Source: Candidatus Latescibacterota bacterium (lineage in GTDB: Bacteria; Latescibacterota; UBA2968; UBA8231). Taken from it: a stretch of 64,000 bases of DNA. The notes under the pieces are model-generated. The model did no database searches and was not told where the DNA came from. It saw only the letters and a list, made by a program, of their open reading frames with translations. The translations under genes were made by a program, and so were the position numbers. This document shows positions 19,695-29,812 of the stretch, piece after piece (position 1 is the stretch's first letter; every line of letters starts with the position of its first letter). The stretch covers positions 608,001 to 672,000 of the forward strand of contig CBDCDC010000002.1 of the NCBI GenBank assembly GCA_965215195.1, read 5' to 3'.

Positions 19695-20861
19695 TTATAT
19701 GGCGTTTTCTATTTTGCGGATCACGTGCTGGCCTGCTTGCTCTAGATCTTCGGCTTCAAGATCGTACCCCAGCGTCTGCACGGCCACCGGGCCGACCTCG
19801 AACTGCTCGTCCATATCGCTGCTCGGATAGAGCAAAAAGGCGCGGCGCGTACCGAGCTGCACCGCATAGGCAACCACCTGCTGCACATCGCTTTCCACGG
19901 GACCAGCGGCCTTGTACTTTGCATCAATTACGGCCAGCGGCTGCCCGGTCGCCGCTGAAAACAAGGCCATGTCCAAGCGAAAGGAAAGCCGCTCGGTTCC
20001 CTTGAGTCGCGTGTGGTACTGGGCTTTTAGCTCGACCTTGTGATTGAGCTTGTGGTCAATGAACGCCGTGCAGAACCGCTCGAACAAGGTAGGCATGTGC
20101 AGCAGATACGCCGGCCCTTCCTCGGCCCCCAGCCCCCAAGCCGGGCTTCGCTGTTGGAGCAAGGGATAACACAGGGCATGCATGGGTCGGTAGTCCTCGT
20201 TTAGCCGGTGGTACGGGACGCCGAGGCAATCTGCGGGGCGGATGTGGCGGTACTTTAGCTCGCTCAGCGCCCACCAAGCTCGGCCGACCACTTGCCGAAT
20301 GCTTTCGCGGCGAAAGGCAAAGCGCCGCAGGCCGTCCAGCGCGTTGGCCAAGATGCGGTTGTCGAGGATATCGGGCGTGTGCTCGGCAAACCGACAGTAG
20401 GGGTGAACGCCTAGATAGCTGCGCTCGGGGTACATGCGCCCCCGCACCCACCGACTGAAACCTTCGCGGGTTTGGTAATCCCAAAACAACCCGCGCCGCA
20501 CCCGTTGCAAGACCTTGCGCGCGAGCACCTCGGCCCAAAACTCGTAGATATCCCCCATAGTGGCCGGGACCTTGTACTCGCTGATCTTGGGTAGTTGATA
20601 GGCGTACTCCAGCATGGGCATGAGCAGGGAGCAGCGTATTTTGGGATTGATTTCCAAGGCCGCATCCGCGCCCAACGGCACCACGCCGACATAGCCCCGC
20701 GACCTGAGTTGATAACACTGGCCATTGAGCGGACTGGGAAAGCCGAACTCCAGCTCTTTTGCATATTGGGTGTGCAGGTGCAGGGCCTGCTCAACCGCGA
20801 GCTCGGCAGCCGGAATTGCGGCCACTTCCTCTTCGATCAACTCGTAGCGTCGCACGCCCAA
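19695..20861 (-). CDS. mcrC: McrC-family restriction nuclease subunit
   Basis: YVGVV, LEINPKI, RLNEDY, LFERF, PD-(D/E)xK-like LD...IDAKYK, DVQQVVAY. Confidence 0.9.
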   Translation of the reverse strand: MGVRRYELIEEEVAAIPAAELAVEQALHLHTQYAKELEFGFPSPLNGQCYQLRSRGYVGVVPLGADAALEINPKIRCSLLMPMLEYAYQLPKISEYKVPATMGDIYEFWAEVLARKVLQRVRRGLFWDYQTREGFSRWVRGRMYPERSYLGVHPYCRFAEHTPDILDNRILANALDGLRRFAFRRESIRQVVGRAWWALSELKYRHIRPADCLGVPYHRLNEDYRPMHALCYPLLQQRSPAWGLGAEEGPAYLLHMPTLFERFCTAFIDHKLNHKVELKAQYHTRLKGTERLSFRLDMALFSAATGQPLAVIDAKYKAAGPVESDVQQVVAYAVQLGTRRAFLLYPSSDMDEQFEVGPVAVQTLGYDLEAEDLEQAGQHVIRKIENAI

Positions 20862-22291
20862 TCCTGAAAACGTCCGGCGACCTTGGACCAGCGAAAGCGC
20901 GCCATTTGGTCCGGCCGGTCGAAAAATACCTCCTCTAAATGCGGCTCGACCTCGCCTTGCCAGATGTGCGCCAATGCCGTTGCGACATCGGCGACCATGA
21001 AAAAGGAAATGCCCAGTTCGCAGTCCTCGTCCCCAATGGCTTGATTCACTTCTTTTACTAGCGCGACCAACTTCTCCGAGGGTACGCCCCTCTTTGCGAG
21101 ATGATTTGCTAAGAGCTGATAGTTGGGCCGCAGGCGGACGAAGCTGAATCGCCGCCGCATGGCTTGGTCAACCAAGGCAATTGACCGGTCAGCCGTGTTC
21201 ATCGTGCCGATGAGATAGACGTTGGCCGGGATTGAAAACTCGGGGCCGCCACCGGCCAGCGCAATCGAGCGGTGGCGGTATTCCAACAGGTACATTAGCT
21301 CGCCGAAAACGCGCGCGAGGTTTGCGCGGTTGATTTCGTCGATGATCAGCACGCAGGGCTTTTCTCCGGCTCGGCGCGCCTTGTCGCAAAACCGCAGAAA
21401 GTGCCCGGCGGTCAATTCGTAGTGCAGGGCACCCGCTACCACCTGTGGCCGAATCCCCGCGACGAAATCCTCGTACGCGTACGAGGCGTGGAATTGCACG
21501 AGTTCGCTAAAACCGCCGCCGTCCACCAGATAGCGCGCCAAGCGCTCGGCCAAATACGTCTTGCCAGTGCCGGGCGGGCCGTATAGGATGAGCTGCTGCT
21601 TGCGCCGCAATTGGGCAACCCACCTAGTTAGCTGGTCGGCGCTGTAGCCGGTTTCTGCGGCGAAGGTTTGGGCGTCGTAGCTCGCGTCCACACGGGGGGC
21701 GACACCGCGAGCATGCCGTTCTACAGCCTCTTGTATCTGCTCCATGCGCTGTTCGAGTTCGCTTTCTAAAATGATCGGCTGCAATTGCTCGAGCTCAAAG
21801 GGCCTAACGCGAAGGTCCAAACCCGTTTGACGCAAGAATTTCGGTTGGACGGGCGCACAGCGATACACCCTCAGCACCGTCAACCAAATATCCCCCTTAA
21901 TCCCCGCCCGCCATGCTTCGACAGCTTGCGCTGTCCACGGCGTCAGTTCGGCCGCTAATGCGCCGACCCAAGGAGCATTGGGCAGCTTGAAGTAGCCTGT
22001 GGGCACGGCCAGCGAATCCACCAGCCCCTTCTCTGCCCAGCCCTCGGCTTGCTGCGCGTTGCTAAAATCGTCCGGTGACCACCCGGTGCCCCACCTTCCC
22101 CTAGCGTAAAAACACGCGACGGCGCTTTCCCATAAGGGCACGGCTTTCAGCAGCCGCGTACCGCGCATGATCGCCATGGTTTCACCCGCTACCAGCGCGG
22201 CGACTTCGGGACCTGGACGGCGCAAAAGCCGGTCGTACGGCCCGGTCAAAGGCTTGTCGAAGCGCAGGCGGATGGACTTTAGTGGAGCCAT
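20837..22291 (-). CDS. mcrB: McrB-family AAA+ GTPase with an atypical N-terminal domain
   Basis: GPPGTGKT, VQFHASYAYEDF, IIDEINRAN, MNTADRS, MRRRF. Confidence 0.92.
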   Translation of the reverse strand: MAPLKSIRLRFDKPLTGPYDRLLRRPGPEVAALVAGETMAIMRGTRLLKAVPLWESAVACFYARGRWGTGWSPDDFSNAQQAEGWAEKGLVDSLAVPTGYFKLPNAPWVGALAAELTPWTAQAVEAWRAGIKGDIWLTVLRVYRCAPVQPKFLRQTGLDLRVRPFELEQLQPIILESELEQRMEQIQEAVERHARGVAPRVDASYDAQTFAAETGYSADQLTRWVAQLRRKQQLILYGPPGTGKTYLAERLARYLVDGGGFSELVQFHASYAYEDFVAGIRPQVVAGALHYELTAGHFLRFCDKARRAGEKPCVLIIDEINRANLARVFGELMYLLEYRHRSIALAGGGPEFSIPANVYLIGTMNTADRSIALVDQAMRRRFSFVRLRPNYQLLANHLAKRGVPSEKLVALVKEVNQAIGDEDCELGISFFMVADVATALAHIWQGEVEPHLEEVFFDRPDQMARFRWSKVAGRFQDWACDATS

Positions 22292-23796
22292 TGCACATAT
22301 CCTCTATGCAAAATAATAGGCTTGGGCCGCTCTTTTCAAAATCCGGGGGTTTTTTATTTTCTCCCCCACCTCAAGCCCCACAAGGTCCCTTGCCCCGACG
22401 ACTCTCTCTGACCGAGCTAGCGCCCAAACAATGGGTGGGCTTGCTATTGGGTATCGCGGCCCTCGTTTTGGGCTTGGCCGCCCCTTTGGCCGCGCTGCCT
22501 AGCCCAGTGCAAAACGCCCTTGGCATCGCCCTGTTTGCCCTGTTTTTTTGGACTACTGAACCCATACCTATCGCGCTGAGTTCGGCGGGAGTACTCGCCC
22601 TAATCCCGGCTGTTGGCCTACTGAGCTTTGAGCAGAGCCTAGCCCCTTTGGTCTCCAAGACGGTCTGGCTCGTCCTCGCCGGCATGGCCCTGAGCTTGGG
22701 GGTGGCCAAAACGGGCCTCGGCGACGCACTGGCGTCTTGGCTGCAGTCCCGTCTGTCGCAACGCCCCTTCTTCCTCCTTTGCCAATTGCACCTGCTCGGG
22801 CTGGTGGCGGCCTTCCTAATCCCGTCTGGAGTAATCCGCGTCCTGTTCTTGATGCCAATCGGCATCGCCTTGGTCTCGCGCCTGCACGCTCGCCCATCGT
22901 CGCATCTCAAGGCCGCTGTCCTGCTCTCCTTGCTTTGCAGCACGTATTTTGGTGGTTGTGGACTTTTGACCGGCTCGGTGCCCAACTTGGTCTTGGCCGG
23001 CCAATACGAAAAAATACAAGGCGCACCCATATTTTGGGCCACTTGGCTGTATTGGATGTTTCCGGTCATTGGCTTTTTGCGCACGTTGGTATCGCTCGGC
23101 GCGATCTGGCTGCTTTTCGGCCGCCACCTCGGCGCACACGTCACTCAACAGGCCCCTTCCCCGAGCAACGCGCCGCTGACCCGCGTCCAGCGGCGCACCC
23201 TGTACATTCTCCTTGCGGGAGTGGGCTTGTGGGCCACCGACCTCTTGCATCACATCCAACCCGCCTATGTTGGCTTGGGTCTAGTGGTATTGTTCGTCTG
23301 GCCGCGCTGGGGGCCGCTCCATTTTGGCGATTTGCTCAAGGTGCGGTTCGCGCTCCTAGCCTACATTGTCGCTCTGCTCGCGTTGGGCCACGCCTTGGAC
23401 GAGGCCGGATTTAACCACTTGTTCATCGCGGCTTTCGGCGAGTATCTGGCGCTGGAAGAATACGGCTGGCTGGGCAAGCACCTATCGCTTTGTTTGGTCG
23501 CCCTGCCGCTCGATTTCCTGATGGATATCGCCGCAGTGGCCGGCGTGGCGACCATCCCCCTGATAGAGTTGGGTGCCCAGCACGGGATCGCGCCGCTGCC
23601 GGCGGCATTTAGCGTGGCCATGGCCACGACCTTGGCCTTCTTGCCCTATCAGTCAGCGCCTTTCATGGTGGCCTATGGTTTTCGGCAGCTCTCCATGCAG
23701 CAACTCGTCCTCGCCCAAGGCCTCATTTCCACGGCATCCTTGCTCTTGATGTGTCCGCTCAACCTGCTCTATTGGCGGTGGCTCGGGCTAATTTGA
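22282..23796 (+). CDS. SLC13/DASS-family anion transporter (true start probably further downstream)
   Basis: FWTTEPIP, LIPS, LTGSVPN, FLPYQSAP, many TMs. Confidence 0.85.
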   Translation: MEPLHISSMQNNRLGPLFSKSGGFLFSPPPQAPQGPLPRRLSLTELAPKQWVGLLLGIAALVLGLAAPLAALPSPVQNALGIALFALFFWTTEPIPIALSSAGVLALIPAVGLLSFEQSLAPLVSKTVWLVLAGMALSLGVAKTGLGDALASWLQSRLSQRPFFLLCQLHLLGLVAAFLIPSGVIRVLFLMPIGIALVSRLHARPSSHLKAAVLLSLLCSTYFGGCGLLTGSVPNLVLAGQYEKIQGAPIFWATWLYWMFPVIGFLRTLVSLGAIWLLFGRHLGAHVTQQAPSPSNAPLTRVQRRTLYILLAGVGLWATDLLHHIQPAYVGLGLVVLFVWPRWGPLHFGDLLKVRFALLAYIVALLALGHALDEAGFNHLFIAAFGEYLALEEYGWLGKHLSLCLVALPLDFLMDIAAVAGVATIPLIELGAQHGIAPLPAAFSVAMATTLAFLPYQSAPFMVAYGFRQLSMQQLVLAQGLISTASLLLMCPLNLLYWRWLGLI

Positions 23797-23843
23797 CGCG
23801 CCATTGGCGTTGATGATGCGCAATGCTTATGATACGTCTAGTC

Positions 23844-25271
23844 ATGCCTACGGCCATCGCCAATATCCTCGCCCAGCGCTACGCCAGCCAAGCGATCCAA
23901 GACCTGTGGTCTGAACGCGGTCGCATCGTTCTCGAGCGCGAGCTGTGGATTGCCATTCTCAAAGCACAGCGCGCCCTAAAGCTCGATGTGCCCGCCGCAG
24001 CCATAAGCGCCTACGAGCGCGTCAAAGACCAAGTTGACCTCGAGTCCATCGCTCGCCGCGAAGCCGTTTTGCGGCACGACGTCAAGGCGCGCATCGAAGA
24101 GTTTTGCAGCCTGGCCGGCTGCGAGCACATTCACAAGGGGATGACCAGCCGCGATCTGACCGACAATGTCGAGCAGTACCAGATTCTCCGCTCCTTGCAG
24201 CAAGTGCAGGTCAAGTACGTGGCCCTCCTCCTGCGCCTAGGCCAGCGGGCACTGCAATGGAAGGAGCTGGCGGTCGCCGGCAGGACCCACTACGCGGCCG
24301 CGCAACCCACGACGCTCGGCAAGCGCCTCGCCATGTTCGGCGAGGAAATGCTGGTCGCCTTTGACTGCCTCGACGCGCTAATCCAACGCTATCCCCTGCG
24401 GGGCCTAAAGGGCGCAGTCGGCACAGCCGTCGACCAACTAACTTTGCTCGCCGGCGACGCCGACCAACTCGGCCACCTCCAAGCCTGTGTACGGCACCAC
24501 CTCGGCTTCCAACGGGAACTAGGGGCCGTCGGCCAGATCTATCCCCGCAGCCTCGACTTTGAGGTGCTCAGCTGTCTCTACCAGCTCGGGGCTGGCATTG
24601 CCAATCTGGCCCGTGCCATCCGCCTGATGGCCGGCCACGACATGCTAACCGAAGGCTTTGCGGCCGGGCAGGTCGGCTCTTCGGCCATGCCGCACAAAAT
24701 GAACTCCCGCAGCAGCGAGCGGGTCAATGGGTTGCAGGTCGTCCTCGGCGGCTATGTCCACATGCTCGGCGCACTGGCCGGCGATCAGTGGTTTGAAGGC
24801 GACGTCTCCTGCTCGGTCGTGCGCCGCGTGGCCCTTCCCGATGGGTTCTTCGCCTTTGATGGCATGCTCGAAACCGCGCTCCACATCCTCGACGACATGG
24901 GCGTCTATAAAGCGGTAATTGCCCGCGATCTGGACCGCTATCTGCCCTTCCTCGCCACCACGACGCTGCTGATGGAAGCCGTCCAACGCGGTGCCGGCCG
25001 CGAACAGGCCCACACCGCACTTAGAGAACACGCCCTAGCCGCGGCTATCGCTATGCGCGAACAAGGCCGGAGCACCAGCGAGTTGGCGCGTCGCTTGGGC
25101 GAGGATCCGCGCTTTCCGCTCACTCAAGAGGAAATTGCCGCCACGGTTTCCCAAAGCCGTGGCCTCACGGGCGCGGCCACCCAGCAAGTTGAGCTTTTCG
25201 TCGGCCGGGTAGAAGAATTGGCCGCAGCCCACCCAGAAGCACACGCAATCGAAAAAGGGCGGCTGCTCTGA
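23844..25271 (+). CDS. purB: Adenylosuccinate lyase
   Basis: RHDVKA, HKGMTSRD, AQPTTLGKR, GSSAMPHKMN. Confidence 0.95.
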   Translation: MPTAIANILAQRYASQAIQDLWSERGRIVLERELWIAILKAQRALKLDVPAAAISAYERVKDQVDLESIARREAVLRHDVKARIEEFCSLAGCEHIHKGMTSRDLTDNVEQYQILRSLQQVQVKYVALLLRLGQRALQWKELAVAGRTHYAAAQPTTLGKRLAMFGEEMLVAFDCLDALIQRYPLRGLKGAVGTAVDQLTLLAGDADQLGHLQACVRHHLGFQRELGAVGQIYPRSLDFEVLSCLYQLGAGIANLARAIRLMAGHDMLTEGFAAGQVGSSAMPHKMNSRSSERVNGLQVVLGGYVHMLGALAGDQWFEGDVSCSVVRRVALPDGFFAFDGMLETALHILDDMGVYKAVIARDLDRYLPFLATTTLLMEAVQRGAGREQAHTALREHALAAAIAMREQGRSTSELARRLGEDPRFPLTQEEIAATVSQSRGLTGAATQQVELFVGRVEELAAAHPEAHAIEKGRLL

Positions 25272-25276
25272 CCTCC

Positions 25277-26011
25277 ATGCGATACCAGCGAGTCCTGCTC
25301 AAGCTGAGCGGGGAAGCCATCTCCGGCCCGCACGACGTGGGCTTCGACCCCGAATCCCTAGAGCACATTGCCGACGAAGTCCTCAACTTGCACACCTGTG
25401 GGGTCGAAATATCCATCGTCATTGGCGGTGGCAATATATTCCGCGGCACACTCGCCAGTCAGTGGGGCATTGAACGGGCCGAAGCCGACAACATCGGCAC
25501 GATGGGGACGGTGATCAACAGCCTGATGCTGCGCGGGGTCCTCACCTCTAAGTCCAATGTCGAAGTCCGGGTGATGAGCGCCATTCCCATCAACACGGTA
25601 GCCGAGCCTTTTATTCGGCTGCGCGCGATCCACCACCTAGAGAAGCACTACATCGTCATCTTTGCCGCCGGCATTGGCAATCCGTACGTCACTACGGACT
25701 ACACCGCAGCCCAGCGCGCCATTGAGACGCGGTCCCAAGCCCTGCTTTTCGCCAAGAATCGAGTCGGCGGCATCTTTACCTCCGACCCCCACGCCGATCC
25801 CCAAGCGAGGCTGTACCGGCGGATGCACTACAACACGATTATCCAAAAAAATCTCACCATCGTCGATCAATCCTCGGTCTTGTTGGCGCGCGATCACAAG
25901 ATGCCCATGCACTTTTTTGACTTCTCTGACAAGGGAACTATCTTGCGCATCTGCCGCGGCCAAAACCCGGGCACCTTGGTGGCAGATGTGGATGAAGACA
26001 TCGTAGAATAG
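25277..26011 (+). CDS. pyrH: UMP kinase
   Basis: RVLLKLSGEA, GGGNIFRG, GNPYVTTD. Confidence 0.92.
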   Translation: MRYQRVLLKLSGEAISGPHDVGFDPESLEHIADEVLNLHTCGVEISIVIGGGNIFRGTLASQWGIERAEADNIGTMGTVINSLMLRGVLTSKSNVEVRVMSAIPINTVAEPFIRLRAIHHLEKHYIVIFAAGIGNPYVTTDYTAAQRAIETRSQALLFAKNRVGGIFTSDPHADPQARLYRRMHYNTIIQKNLTIVDQSSVLLARDHKMPMHFFDFSDKGTILRICRGQNPGTLVADVDEDIVE

Positions 26012-26049
26012 CAAAAGGGCCGTCCCACTCTGGGGAACGGCCCTTTTGC
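26011..26049. terminator. Bidirectional intrinsic terminator 1
   Basis: GCAAAAGGGCCGT...ACGGCCCTTTTGC between convergent genes. Confidence 0.75.
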
Positions 26050-26073
26050 ATCTTAGCTCCTGCACTCAAAAAA

Positions 26074-26109
26074 CAAAAGGGCTGGCCTAAAGCAGGCCGG
26101 CCCTTTTGC
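26074..26109. terminator. Bidirectional intrinsic terminator 2
   Basis: CAAAAGGGCTGGCCT...AGGCCGGCCCTTTTG, similar in sequence to terminator 1. Confidence 0.75.
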
Positions 26110-26130
26110 ATTCACCCTAAGGATGGAACT

Positions 26131-27060
26131 TTAGAATTGGTATGCAAAGGAGAACCGATGCGCCCCATTGGTCTCGGTCAAGTCCAAGCTGATGTCATAC
26201 GCATAGTCGAACACCAACTGGTTCCACTGATAGCCCAACCCCGCATTCAACCCCCCCCCCGCGTCCTCCGACACCAAACGACGCCCCCCCGCCCGCAGCA
26301 GCAACCCCTCCACCACCTGCGTCTCCCCACCGACGACCAACCCCTGATCCGAACCCTCCCCCGTCAAGTCCCGAACCACGTATTGCACCGACACCAACGA
26401 CTGACTGCTCAGCCGATAGCCCACCCCCACATGCACGTCCATCGGCAACGCACCCGCATCCGCGTCGCCAGCCACCTCGCCATACGCCACATTCGGCTGG
26501 TTGACATTCTTCAACAACACCCCCACCTGCGCCCCTGACACCGGACTCTGCCACAGCAACCCCAAATCCAAGCCCACGTTGCCCGCGCTCTGGTTCGACA
26601 GCGGATCGGGACCATTCACCGGATCATCGGGAATGGCTCCCACGCTCCAAAACAGATACTTGGCCGACACCCCCACCTGCAGCCGCCGCTGCACCTGATA
26701 CGACAGCGCCACAAACGCCCCGTTCTCGCTCATCAGCGACGAGCCAATCCGCTCATATCCCAAGCCCAAGCCCAGCCGGTCCCCCAAAGGCTGCGCATAG
26801 GACACCACGTGCTGACCCAAGTCGTCGCCTTCGATGCCCGCATATAAAAGCGACACATTGGTGTAGGCCACCTGCCGCTGCGCCACCTGACCCAACCCCG
26901 CCGGGTTGGCAAACACCGCATCCGCGTTGTCGGCCACCGCCACAAAGCTGTTGCCCAACCCCTGAGCACGCGCTCCCGAACCCACATTCTGAATGTTCAC
27001 GACCCCTTCGCTTGCTGTTGCCAGCAGGGCCGCGCATATAATGCTAATTGCAATTTTCAT
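26131..27060 (-). CDS. PorV/PorQ-like outer-membrane beta-barrel protein
   Basis: Signal peptide after a GGAGG RBS; GARAQGLGNSFVAVADNADAVFANPAGL; C-terminal HRFSFAYQF. Confidence 0.82.
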   Translation of the reverse strand: MKIAISIICAALLATASEGVVNIQNVGSGARAQGLGNSFVAVADNADAVFANPAGLGQVAQRQVAYTNVSLLYAGIEGDDLGQHVVSYAQPLGDRLGLGLGYERIGSSLMSENGAFVALSYQVQRRLQVGVSAKYLFWSVGAIPDDPVNGPDPLSNQSAGNVGLDLGLLWQSPVSGAQVGVLLKNVNQPNVAYGEVAGDADAGALPMDVHVGVGYRLSSQSLVSVQYVVRDLTGEGSDQGLVVGGETQVVEGLLLRAGGRRLVSEDAGGGLNAGLGYQWNQLVFDYAYDISLDLTETNGAHRFSFAYQF

Positions 27061-27249
27061 ACGCTTGCCTCCTCCATTTGGTGAGATGCGCTTGTACTGT
27101 GATTGCCATTTAGTATAAATATACAAACTAGTAACCGTCAACAAAAATAGTCCTGCTCGCGCCCCTGCCAATTCCTTGACCAATCAAGGCCGTATGGTCG
27201 TTATTATACGTTTTCTATGGAATTTATCTCCAAACTCACGAGGTGAACT

Positions 27250-27870
27250 TTGACCACTATTAAAGCGACCAATATCGTCCGGCACGAGGGCCATGTCAGC
27301 CGCGAGCAACGCGAAAGCCTGTTGCGCCAACAAGGGGTGTTGCTCTGGCTGACGGGCTTGCCGAGTTCCGGCAAAAGCACGATTGCCTATACGGTCGAAC
27401 ACGCCTTAGTTGCCCGCGGCCATTTGGCCTATGTGCTTGACGGCGATAACATCCGCTTTGGGCTCAACAAAAATTTGGGCTTTTCCCCGGACGACCGGGC
27501 GGAAAATATCCGGCGGATCGGCGAGGTGGGAAAGCTCTTTGTCGATGGGGGGTTTCTAACCCTCGCCAGCTTTGTCAGCCCCTATCGCGCCGACCGCGAC
27601 GGGGTGCGGGCTCTTATGGCAGCGGGCGATTTCGTCGAAATTTTCGTCAGCGCTCCGGTCGAAGTATGCGCCGAGCGCGACCCCAAGGGCCTCTACCAAA
27701 AGGCACGAGCCGGTGAAATACCCAATTTTACCGGGGTTTCAGACCCCTATGAGACCCCTGAAAAACCCGAGCTGGTCATCGAAACCGACGCAGTAACGCC
27801 CTCGGAGGCGGCCGCGCAGGTTATCGACCTCTTAGAGAAAATGGGCAAAATTCAACCCATACAGGCTTGA
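27250..27870 (+). CDS. cysC: Adenylyl-sulfate kinase
   Basis: WLTGLPSSGKST, LDGDNIR, ENIRRIGEV, RDPKGLY. Confidence 0.96.
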   Translation: MTTIKATNIVRHEGHVSREQRESLLRQQGVLLWLTGLPSSGKSTIAYTVEHALVARGHLAYVLDGDNIRFGLNKNLGFSPDDRAENIRRIGEVGKLFVDGGFLTLASFVSPYRADRDGVRALMAAGDFVEIFVSAPVEVCAERDPKGLYQKARAGEIPNFTGVSDPYETPEKPELVIETDAVTPSEAAAQVIDLLEKMGKIQPIQA

Positions 27871-27905
27871 ACAGACTATCCAGCCTATTCCTTCCGCCAT
27901 GTACT

Positions 27906-27930
27906 AGGGGATCGCTAGATCCCCTGTTTT
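27906..27930 (+). terminator. Possible terminator after cysC
   Basis: AGGGGATC-GCTA-GATCCCCT followed by GTTTT. Confidence 0.5.
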
Positions 27931-27945
27931 GCGTTTGCGAGCGCG

Positions 27946-28980
27946 ATGCACAAGATGCTGAAACAAACTCTTCAGTACGGGCTGAGTTTGGGCTTGATGG
28001 GGCTTTTTGTCTATTGGGCCTTTGAGGGGATAAATCGCGGGGAACTCTGGGATGCCATGATCGGCATTCCGCCGGTTTGGGCCGCTGTTATGTGCATCGC
28101 AACGCTGGGGACCTTAGTATTGCGAGCTTGGCGCTGGATGGTCCTCATGCGTCCCTTGGCGCCGCAAGTGAGCAACCTCAACGCGTCGCTCGCCCTAGCT
28201 ATATGCTATGCGGCCAATGTGGTTGTGCCGCGCTCGGGCGAGGTCCTGCGGTGCGTCAGCCTCAAGTGGACCGCCGGGGCGAGCATCAGCGCCTTGATGG
28301 CTACGATAGTGGTAGAGCGCATTCTCGATCTGTTTTGGCTCACCGTCTTGTTCTGGCTCATCGTCTATATAGATATTGCCCTGCCCGTGCTTTGGATGCC
28401 GGTCGGCGCAGATCGGGACACCATTGGCCTACTGGCCCTAGCCGGCTGCTTGGTCGCGCTGAGTGCCTTGGTTTTGGTATCGGTTTATCGGGAAAAAATT
28501 TTGGCTCGAATGCGCCCGCTGCTGGCGCGGCTCGCTTGGGGACGCGGCGAGCGGCTCCTCAAAATCTTCGAGACCTTCATCGGTGGGCTTTCCGCCCTGC
28601 GGCAACAGCCGACCGCGTACTTTGAAATCCTCGTCAGCTCGATCCTGCTCAACACAGCCTACGTGTTCATTGTTTACGCGGCTTTTCTCGGCATGGGTTT
28701 GCACCAAACATACGACCTCGACGCAACAGCGGCGCTGGTAATCATGACCATATCGTCCATAGGAGTGATCATTCCGACGCCCGGGGCGATCGGCTCGTAT
28801 CACCTTTTCTTTGGCGAGGCCCTGCACCGCCTCTACGCGGTGCCCCTCCCCACCGCTTTGGCCTGCGCCACCTTGACCCATGCTTTGGCGAACCTGACCT
28901 ATGTCTTCCTCGGCGGCCCGGCTCTGCTGTGGCAATGGCATCGGAGCCGACGGGGTAGTTCAGAAGATCCACACGACTAG
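27946..28980 (+). CDS. Lysylphosphatidylglycerol-synthase TM-domain (flippase-like) protein
   Basis: LRAWRW, NVVVPRSGEVLR, VERILD, PTPGAIGSYH. Confidence 0.88.
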   Translation: MHKMLKQTLQYGLSLGLMGLFVYWAFEGINRGELWDAMIGIPPVWAAVMCIATLGTLVLRAWRWMVLMRPLAPQVSNLNASLALAICYAANVVVPRSGEVLRCVSLKWTAGASISALMATIVVERILDLFWLTVLFWLIVYIDIALPVLWMPVGADRDTIGLLALAGCLVALSALVLVSVYREKILARMRPLLARLAWGRGERLLKIFETFIGGLSALRQQPTAYFEILVSSILLNTAYVFIVYAAFLGMGLHQTYDLDATAALVIMTISSIGVIIPTPGAIGSYHLFFGEALHRLYAVPLPTALACATLTHALANLTYVFLGGPALLWQWHRSRRGSSEDPHD

Positions 28981-29802
28981 GGTCGATCCACCCACATAGC
29001 CGAAGGCCTCTATCAGCCCGGCCCCCACATTTGGCTGCTCCTCAACCTGTTCGGCACCCAAGCGCACACCGGGTGCCAAGAGCACATCGGTCAACTTGTG
29101 GATGGCGTAGAGCGCGACAAAACCAAAGACCACATCTACGCCAAAGGTTTGGAGGCCGATGAGCCACCCTGCGTAATCGCCGGCCACGGCGATGCTGACG
29201 ATATTGCCCATGCCCACCAGCACACCGCCAAACGCCAAGCCGACCGCGGCATTATCGCGCTCCAGTTCGCGGTGTATCGAATGCGGGGTAATCCACTCGT
29301 AGAGTAGCCCGGCCACTATCAGCACCACTTGCGCCAAAAGCCAGAAGGCCACGCCGCTCCACAGCGGCCCCTCGCCCTGTATGATTGCGAGGACGATTAG
29401 ACCATTGGCGATGTGCATCCCCGCCTCGACAAAGGCCGTCCCCATATTCCGATCTTCGATGACCTCTTTGCGATTGTCAAAGTGGGGCAGGAGCACCCGC
29501 TCGCAGAGAACGCCGGCGACCAGCATCAAGACAATCGCCAAAAGGCCGTACTGGGCGATGCCGATCAGATCGGCTTGCCAGCCGAGCGAAGGGCCGCTCA
29601 ACGCCGCACCCAATGCCAAGCAGATGCCCAAGCAATAACCGCCCACCGCAACGGCCAGCGCGTGGTTGTTGCGGCCGTAGAGCTCGTCCTTGAGATTGAC
29701 CCGGCGAAAAATTCGCGCATAGACCTGCTTGGCGACAAAGAGCAGGACGAAAGCCTCTAAGAGATAGACTACGGTCTGGGCCATCTGCACTATATTGTCC
29801 AC
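28960..29802 (-). CDS. DUF350-domain membrane protein (repeated unit)
   Basis: Repeated EL/EV/EQ..xxN.A/G.. plus helix-pair units (ELYGRNNHALAV, EVIEDRNMG, ELERDNAAVG, EQVEEQPNVGAG); GTG start after GGGGA. Confidence 0.82.
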   Translation of the reverse strand: MDNIVQMAQTVVYLLEAFVLLFVAKQVYARIFRRVNLKDELYGRNNHALAVAVGGYCLGICLALGAALSGPSLGWQADLIGIAQYGLLAIVLMLVAGVLCERVLLPHFDNRKEVIEDRNMGTAFVEAGMHIANGLIVLAIIQGEGPLWSGVAFWLLAQVVLIVAGLLYEWITPHSIHRELERDNAAVGLAFGGVLVGMGNIVSIAVAGDYAGWLIGLQTFGVDVVFGFVALYAIHKLTDVLLAPGVRLGAEQVEEQPNVGAGLIEAFGYVGGSTLVVWIF

Positions 29803-29812
29803 TGCGTTCCCC

